Source of the DNA: an uncultured Acidobacteriota bacterium
Lineage (GTDB): Bacteria > Acidobacteriota > Thermoanaerobaculia > Multivoradales > SZUA-115
NCBI GenBank assembly: GCA_963805975.1
Contig: CAWDVR010000001.1
Coordinates: 1,216,001 to 1,280,000 of the forward strand
Direction: 5' to 3'
Length of the DNA stretch: 64,000 bases
Below the pieces are notes generated by a model that had not been told where the DNA came from, searched no databases, and worked only from the letters and a program-made list of their open reading frames with translations. The position numbers were made by a program, and so were the translations under genes. Below, piece after piece: positions 57,984-64,000 of this stretch (position 1 is the first letter of the stretch; every line of letters starts with the position of its first letter).

Positions 57984-59630
57984 ATGCCCATCGTCACCAT
58001 CAACGACCGCACCGTCGAGGTGGAGGCCGGCACCAACCTGATCGAGGCGGCGGCGAAGGTCGGCGTGCAGGTGCCGCACTACTGCTACCACCCGCGGCTG
58101 TCGATCGTCGGCCAGTGCCGCATGTGCCTGGTCGCCATCCAGGGCATGCCCAAGCTCCAGGCCGGCTGCTCCACCCAGGTGATGAAAGACGGCATGGTGG
58201 TGCGCACCGACACCGCGGAGGTCGAGACCGCGCAGAAGGCGATGATGGAGTTCCTGCTCATCAACCATCCGCTGGACTGCCCGATCTGCGACCAGGCCGG
58301 TGAGTGCGGCCTCCAGGACTACTCCTTCAAGCACGGCGTGCCCTACTCCCGCTTCGAGTACGAGGACAAGCGCACCTACCCGGAGAAGGAACGCATCCCG
58401 CTCGGCCCCACGGTTCTCCTCAACATGAACCGCTGCATCCAGTGCACGCGCTGCGTGCGCTTCACGCAGGAGGTGGCGGGCACCGGGGAGCTGGGCTTCT
58501 TCAACCGCGGCGCACGGGCGGAGATCGGGGTCTTCCCCGGCAAGCCGCTCGACAACGAGCTCTCGACCTGCGTGGTCGACATCTGTCCGGTGGGCGCTCT
58601 CACCTCCACCCGGTTCCGCTTCGCCGAGCGCGTCTGGTACCTCGACAAGGAGCCCTCGATCTGCACCGGCTGCGACGTGGGTTGCAACGTCACCCTCGAG
58701 CACCGGCGGGGCCAGATCCGCCGCTACAAGCCGCGCTTCAACGCCGAGGTCAACGACTACTGGATGTGCGACCACGGCCGGACGACCTTCGAGCGCTACG
58801 GCAAGCTGCCGCGCCTCAACTCGCCGCGCTTCACCCAGAACGGCGTGGTGCAGCCGGCGAGCTGGAAGGAAGCTCTCGACCTCGTGGCGCGGCGGCTCAA
58901 GGCCCGGGACGCGGCCGGCGCCGTGGCCTTCCTGGGCTCCGGCAACCTGACCAGCGAGGAAGCCTTCCTACTCGCGGCGGTGGCGGACTGGGTGGGCTCG
59001 CCCCATCGCTCGGTAGCTTCCGGTGAAGGGCCGACGCGCAGGATCCCCAACACCCGTGGCGGCATCGCCGGCCACGAGACCACGCCGAACCGCCGCGGTG
59101 CGGAGCTCGCCGGCCTGACTCCGGGCGAGGACTCGATCGACGCCGCGGCGCTGCTCGACGGCGACGGCGCCGCGGACTGCGCGCTGCTCATCGTCGCCGA
59201 CAGCGACTTCGGGCCCGGCGCTCACGATCCGGCAGTGGTGGCGAGGCTGCGCCGGGCACAGTTCCTGGTGGTGCTGGGTTGGGCGGACACGCCGCTGGCC
59301 CGGGCCGCGGACGTGGCCCTTCCCACCGCCACGCACGCGGAAAAGGACGGCACCTTCGTCAATGTGGCGTGGCGGCTCCAGGCGTTCCGTGCCGCGTTCC
59401 CTCCTCCGGGACAAGTCAGGCCGGCGGTGGAGGTGCTCTCCGACCTCCTCGGCCGCTTCGAGGCCGCATGGGCCAACCTCGACGCCGCGCGCGCCTTCGC
59501 ACGGCTGGCCGAAGAGCGCCCGGTGTTCAACGGCCTCGACCTCGAGAGCCTGCCCGCCTCCGGCACCCAGCTCGCCATCCAGGGGCCCGGCGTGCAGGGG
59601 CCCGCGGCCCAGGGAGACGCCGCGCCTTGA
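57984..59630 (+). CDS. nuoG: NADH-quinone oxidoreductase subunit G (short form)
   Basis: CYH...CRMC, HPLDCPICDQAGEC, CIQCTRC, CTGCDVGC. Confidence 0.92.
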   Translation: MPIVTINDRTVEVEAGTNLIEAAAKVGVQVPHYCYHPRLSIVGQCRMCLVAIQGMPKLQAGCSTQVMKDGMVVRTDTAEVETAQKAMMEFLLINHPLDCPICDQAGECGLQDYSFKHGVPYSRFEYEDKRTYPEKERIPLGPTVLLNMNRCIQCTRCVRFTQEVAGTGELGFFNRGARAEIGVFPGKPLDNELSTCVVDICPVGALTSTRFRFAERVWYLDKEPSICTGCDVGCNVTLEHRRGQIRRYKPRFNAEVNDYWMCDHGRTTFERYGKLPRLNSPRFTQNGVVQPASWKEALDLVARRLKARDAAGAVAFLGSGNLTSEEAFLLAAVADWVGSPHRSVASGEGPTRRIPNTRGGIAGHETTPNRRGAELAGLTPGEDSIDAAALLDGDGAADCALLIVADSDFGPGAHDPAVVARLRRAQFLVVLGWADTPLARAADVALPTATHAEKDGTFVNVAWRLQAFRAAFPPPGQVRPAVEVLSDLLGRFEAAWANLDAARAFARLAEERPVFNGLDLESLPASGTQLAIQGPGVQGPAAQGDAAP

Positions 59631-60652
59631 GCACTCCCGTGGTCGCGGTGCTGGCCAAGTACGGGATCTTCTTCCTGTTCTTTCTCGGCCTGCTGGCGCC
59701 GCTGATGGTATGGGTGGAGCGCCGCATCTGCGCCTTCATCCAGGACCGGCCGGGACCCAACCGGCTCGGCCCCTGGGGCCTGCTCCAGCCGCTCGCCGAC
59801 GCCCTCAAGTTCATGTTCAAAGAGGACGTGACGCCGACCGCGGTGGACAAGCCCCTCTACCTGCTGGCCCCGGCCCTCTCCATGGTGCCGGCGCTCACCA
59901 CCTTCATCGTCATCCCCTTCGGCCCCCCGATCCAGGTCGGCGGCGAGACCATCCGCCTGGTGCCGGCGGACGTCGACGCCGGGGTGCTGCTGCTGCTGGC
60001 CCTGGCGAGCATCGGCGTCTACTCGCTGGTGATGGCCGGCTACGCCTCCAACAACAAGTACTCGCTCCTGGGCTCGATCCGCGCCTCGGCGCAGATGATC
60101 AGCTACGAGCTGGCGCTCACCATCTCCGTGCTGGCGGTGCTGCTGCCGGTGGCCTCGTTCCGGCTCGACGTGGTGGTGGACTACCAGCGCGAGCACATCT
60201 GGAACGTTATCCCGCAAGCGATCGGCTTCCTGGTCTTCCTGATCTCCGCCTTTGCCGAGACCAACCGTCTGCCCTTCGACCTGCCGGAGGCGGAGTCCGA
60301 GCTGGTGGCCGGCTACCACACCGAGTACAGCGCCATGCGCTTCGCGGCCTTCATGGCCGCGGAGTACCTGAACATGGCGACCCTCTCGGCGCTCGCCGCC
60401 ACCCTCTACTTCGGCGGCTGGAGCCTGCCCTTCGTGCCGATGCCGGAAACCTGGTGGCTCGCGGCGCTCACCGGCTTCACCATCCTGGCGGCCAAGATCG
60501 CGGTGTTCATGGTGTTCTTCGTCTGGGTGCGCTGGACTTTCCCCCGCTTCCGCTACGACCAGCTCATGCGGCTGGGCTGGAAGGTTCTGCTGCCGCTGGC
60601 CATCCTCAACCTCATCTGGGTGGCGGTCGGCACCCTCTCCGGGTGGCTCTAG
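59627..60652 (+). CDS. nuoH: NADH-quinone oxidoreductase subunit H
   Basis: QDRPGPN, AETNRLPFDLPEAESEL, RFRYDQLM; TTG start overlaps the nuoG TGA. Confidence 0.96.
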   Translation: MSTPVVAVLAKYGIFFLFFLGLLAPLMVWVERRICAFIQDRPGPNRLGPWGLLQPLADALKFMFKEDVTPTAVDKPLYLLAPALSMVPALTTFIVIPFGPPIQVGGETIRLVPADVDAGVLLLLALASIGVYSLVMAGYASNNKYSLLGSIRASAQMISYELALTISVLAVLLPVASFRLDVVVDYQREHIWNVIPQAIGFLVFLISAFAETNRLPFDLPEAESELVAGYHTEYSAMRFAAFMAAEYLNMATLSALAATLYFGGWSLPFVPMPETWWLAALTGFTILAAKIAVFMVFFVWVRWTFPRFRYDQLMRLGWKVLLPLAILNLIWVAVGTLSGWL

Positions 60653-61191
60653 TGGAGCTCGCCGTCTTCTTGCTGTTCGCCCTGCTGGCCCTGGCCTCGG
60701 CCCTGGTGGTGGTCACGCACAAGAACCCCGTCTACTCCACTATGAGCCTGGTGGTGACGCTGTTCTCGATCGCCGTGCTCTTCGTGCTCCTCGGCGCGCC
60801 GTTCATCGCCACGCTGCAGGTCCTGATCTACACCGGCGCCATCCTGGTGCTCTTCCTCTTCGTCATCATGCTGCTCAACGTGGGCCGTGACGACTCCGAG
60901 GCGGGCAGTGCCCGCAACGCCCAGAAGTGGGGCGCGATCATCGGTGCAGGAGTTTTCGCCGGCACCGTGGGCGCCACTCTGTGGCGGACCTACGAGGACC
61001 GCGAGCTGCAGCCCTTGACCCCGGACCTGGTGGCTCTGAAGCCGTTCGCGGCGGCGCTCTTCGACCGCTACCTGCTGGCCTTCGAGATGATCGGCGTGCT
61101 GCTCCTGGTGGCGGTGATCGCGGCCACGGTCCTGGCCCGCAAGCAGGCCGATCCGGCTGCCGCGGCGGACGCGGGGAGCGCCGAGCCATGA
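60652..61191 (+). CDS. nuoJ: NADH-quinone oxidoreductase subunit J
   Basis: NPVYS, QVLIYTGAILVLFLFVIMLL, FEMIGVLLL. Confidence 0.95.
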   Translation: MELAVFLLFALLALASALVVVTHKNPVYSTMSLVVTLFSIAVLFVLLGAPFIATLQVLIYTGAILVLFLFVIMLLNVGRDDSEAGSARNAQKWGAIIGAGVFAGTVGATLWRTYEDRELQPLTPDLVALKPFAAALFDRYLLAFEMIGVLLLVAVIAATVLARKQADPAAAADAGSAEP

Positions 61192-61490
61192 TCCCCATCT
61201 CCTGGTACATGGTGCTGGCCGCGGCGCTCTTCGTCATCGGCACCATGGGCGCCCTGACGCGGAGGAACGGCATCACCATCTTCCTGTCGATCGAGCTGAT
61301 GCTCAACGCGGTGAATCTGATCCTGGTGGCCTACTCCCGCCTGCTGGGGGACACCACGGGCCAGCTCGTGGTGCTTTTCGTGATGGCGGTGGCGGCGGCG
61401 GAGGCGGCGGTGGGCCTGGCACTCTTCATCGCCATCTACCGGCACCGCCACACGCTCGACGTGAACCGCATGAATTTGATGCGCTGGTAG
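61188..61490 (+). CDS. nuoK: NADH-quinone oxidoreductase subunit K
   Basis: SIELMLNAVN, AAAEAAVGLA. Confidence 0.96.
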   Translation: MIPISWYMVLAAALFVIGTMGALTRRNGITIFLSIELMLNAVNLILVAYSRLLGDTTGQLVVLFVMAVAAAEAAVGLALFIAIYRHRHTLDVNRMNLMRW

Positions 61491-61512
61491 TTGGGACGCA
61501 CTGGTAATCGAG

Positions 61513-63480
61513 ATGGAAGCGCGCGACCTCCTCTGGCTGATTCCTGCCCTGCCCCTCCTGGGGGCGGCGCTCAACGGCGTCCTCGGGCCGCGAGCGCCGC
61601 GCTCCGCGACGACGGCGGTGGCGCTGGGGGCGCCGTTCCTCTCGCTCCTGGTGGCGCTGGTCTGCCTCTACCAGTACGTGACCGGCATCCATCCCGGGGC
61701 CGTGGAGCAGAGGCTCTACGCCTGGTCGGTGGGGCCGCTCACGGTCGACGTCGCCTTTCTGCTCGACGCGCTGTCGGCGGTGATGCTCTTCATCGTCACT
61801 TTCATCGGCTTCCTGATCCACGTCTACTCCGCGGGCTACATGAGCCACGAGAAGGGGTACCAGCGGTACTTCGTGTACCTCAACCTCTTCATGGCCGCCA
61901 TGCTGCTGCTGGTGCTCGGCAACAACTTCCTGGTGATGTTCGTGGGCTGGGAAGGCGTCGGCCTCTGCTCCTACCTGCTGATCGGCTACTACTACGAGGA
62001 GCGCGTGCCGCCCGAGGCGGGCAAGAAGGCGTTCATCGTCAACCGCATCGGTGACTTTGCCTTCCTCGCCGGCCTGCTGGCCCTGTTCGGCAAGTTCGGC
62101 ACCCTCACCTTCTCGCCGCTCTTCGACCAGATCCGCGCCAACCCGGAGGCGCTCACCGAGCCGTACCGCATGGGCCTGTCGTTCGCGAGCTTCGTGGCGC
62201 TCTGCTTCTTCATCGGCGCCATGGGCAAGAGCGCCCAGATCCCGCTCTACGTCTGGCTGCCGGACGCCATGGCCGGCCCGACCCCGGTCTCCGCGCTGAT
62301 CCATGCCGCCACCATGGTGACGGCCGGCGTCTACATGGTGGCGCGCACCAACGTCATCTACCAGCTGGCACCGGACATCTCGCTGTTCGTCGCCTCGATC
62401 GGCGCGGCCACGGCCATCTTCGCCGCCACCATCGGCCTCGCCCAGAACGACATCAAGAAGGTGCTCGCCTACTCCACCGTCTCGCAGCTCGGCTACATGT
62501 TCCTCGCCGCCGGGCTGGGTGCCTACTCGATCGCCATCTTCCACGTCGGCACGCACGCCTTCTTCAAGGCCCTGCTCTTCCTGGGCTCGGGCTCGGTGAT
62601 CCACGCCATGGGCGGCGAGCAGGACATGCGGCAGATGGGCGGCCTGCGCAAGAAGCTGCCGATCACCTTCTGGACTTTCCTGATCGCCACCCTGGCCATC
62701 GCCGGCTTCCCGTTCGTCACCGCCGGCTTCTACTCGAAGGACGCGATCCTGGCCACTGCCTGGGAGCAGCAGAAGGTTCTGTGGATCATCGGCCTGGTGA
62801 CCGCCGGCCTCACCGCCTGCTACATGTTCCGCGCCGTGTTCCTGACCTTCTACGGCAAGTTCCGGGGCACCCATGAGCAGGAGCACCACCTGCACGAGTC
62901 GCCGCCGATGATGACTGTGCCGCTCGTGATCCTGGCTGTGGGCTCGATCGCCGCCGGCTGGGTGAATTTGCCGGCCTTTCTGGGGCCGCCGATCCTGGAC
63001 TTCCTGGGCAAGCCCAACCAGTTCGACCACTTCCTCGCACCGGTGACGGCCTCGGTCCACGCCGGGGAGCACGGCGCGCACCATCTCTCCCATGCGACCG
63101 AGTGGCTGCTGACCCTGGCCGCGGTAGGGATCGCGGCGCTCGGCATCTTCATCGCCTGGCGCGTCTACGGCGGCGCCAGGGGCCTCGCTGGGGGCGCCGC
63201 CTGGGCGGCGCGCTTCCCGGCCCTCCACCGGCTGCTCGAGAACAAGTGGTACGTGGACGAGATCTACGACCGCCTGATCGTGCGGCCGCTCGCCTGGCTG
63301 GCGCGCGTCTCGTGGAAGGTGATCGACACGCTGCTCATCGAGGGCTCGATCCACGTCGGCGCCTTCCTGACCGAGCTCACCGGCGACCTCGGTCGCTTCT
63401 CGACCACCGGCAACGTGCGCAACTACGCGCTCTACTTCTTCGTGGGGTTGGTCGCCCTGTTCTGGTGGATCCTCCTCTAG
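61513..63480 (+). CDS. nuoL: NADH-quinone oxidoreductase subunit L
   Basis: GWEGVG, WLPDAMAGPTPVSALIHAATMV, HAFFKA. Confidence 0.97.
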   Translation: MEARDLLWLIPALPLLGAALNGVLGPRAPRSATTAVALGAPFLSLLVALVCLYQYVTGIHPGAVEQRLYAWSVGPLTVDVAFLLDALSAVMLFIVTFIGFLIHVYSAGYMSHEKGYQRYFVYLNLFMAAMLLLVLGNNFLVMFVGWEGVGLCSYLLIGYYYEERVPPEAGKKAFIVNRIGDFAFLAGLLALFGKFGTLTFSPLFDQIRANPEALTEPYRMGLSFASFVALCFFIGAMGKSAQIPLYVWLPDAMAGPTPVSALIHAATMVTAGVYMVARTNVIYQLAPDISLFVASIGAATAIFAATIGLAQNDIKKVLAYSTVSQLGYMFLAAGLGAYSIAIFHVGTHAFFKALLFLGSGSVIHAMGGEQDMRQMGGLRKKLPITFWTFLIATLAIAGFPFVTAGFYSKDAILATAWEQQKVLWIIGLVTAGLTACYMFRAVFLTFYGKFRGTHEQEHHLHESPPMMTVPLVILAVGSIAAGWVNLPAFLGPPILDFLGKPNQFDHFLAPVTASVHAGEHGAHHLSHATEWLLTLAAVGIAALGIFIAWRVYGGARGLAGGAAWAARFPALHRLLENKWYVDEIYDRLIVRPLAWLARVSWKVIDTLLIEGSIHVGAFLTELTGDLGRFSTTGNVRNYALYFFVGLVALFWWILL

Positions 63481-63484
63481 CGCC

Positions 63485-64000
63485 ATGGAAACCTTCCTGA
63501 GCCTCTGCCTGGGCAACACCCTGACCCGGCTGGTGATGTTCCCGGTAGCGGCCTGCCTGCCCCTGCTCTTCTTCCGGCGCGGCAGCGAGCGGCCGGTGAA
63601 GATCTACCTGCTCGCCGTGTCGCTCCTCGAGGTGGCGCTCACTCTGCTCTACGTCTTCACCCACCTGGCGGCGGACGGCTCCTTCGCCTTCACCCGCGAC
63701 GGCGGCGCGCCCCTGCCGTGGATCGGGAGCTTCGGCATCTCCTACGACCTGGTGGCGGACGGTATCTCGCTGCCGCTGGCGCTCCTGGGAGTGGGCCTGC
63801 TGCCGATCGTCGTGCTCGGCTCCTGGAAGGGGATCGACAAGCACTGGCGCTCGTTCGGGGCCTCGCTGCTGCTGCTCACCACCGGGGTGCTCGGCGCCCT
63901 CTTCGCCTTCGACATGTTCCTGTTCTACATCTTCTGGGAGCTGATGCTGGTGCCGATGTACTTGATCATCGGCATCTGGGGCGGCGAGCGGCGGATCTAC
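63485..64000 (+). CDS. nuoM: NADH-quinone oxidoreductase subunit M (3' end outside window)
   Basis: DGISLPL, FLFYIFWELMLVPMYLIIGIWGG; follows nuoL. Confidence 0.93.
   Translation, partial: METFLSLCLGNTLTRLVMFPVAACLPLLFFRRGSERPVKIYLLAVSLLEVALTLLYVFTHLAADGSFAFTRDGGAPLPWIGSFGISYDLVADGISLPLALLGVGLLPIVVLGSWKGIDKHWRSFGASLLLLTTGVLGALFAFDMFLFYIFWELMLVPMYLIIGIWGGERRIY

Overview
High-GC bacterial chromosomal window, probably Acidobacteriota (inferred from gene content and order), made up mostly of core genes. It contains a TolC/MacAB-type efflux cluster, a pentaheme cytochrome, carD, priA, accA, recJ, an lptCA-like/lptB/rpoN/hpf/hprK/rapZ/PTS cluster, miaB, fused lptFG, NDH-2, metK, etfBA, tol-pal, rpsT, lptE-nusB-ribH, ihf-merR, der, rnr, a small GT/deacetylase/fabG/ACP cluster and a partial nuo operon interrupted by an IS630. 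There are three tRNAs. Main points: (1) a clear 28-bp dif (XerCD) site at 29628-29655, so this is probably the replication terminus, with a complete parA-parB pair and a parS-like palindrome directly beside it; (2) three paralogous ECF-type sigma factors in tandem with no anti-sigma gene; (3) a chain of ATGA-coupled five-codon minicistrons between tolQ and tolR, plus other duplications at gene junctions; (4) many apparently leaderless genes; (5) a PTS EIIA lacking its phosphorylatable His. All calls come from reading the sequence by eye; no database searches were run.
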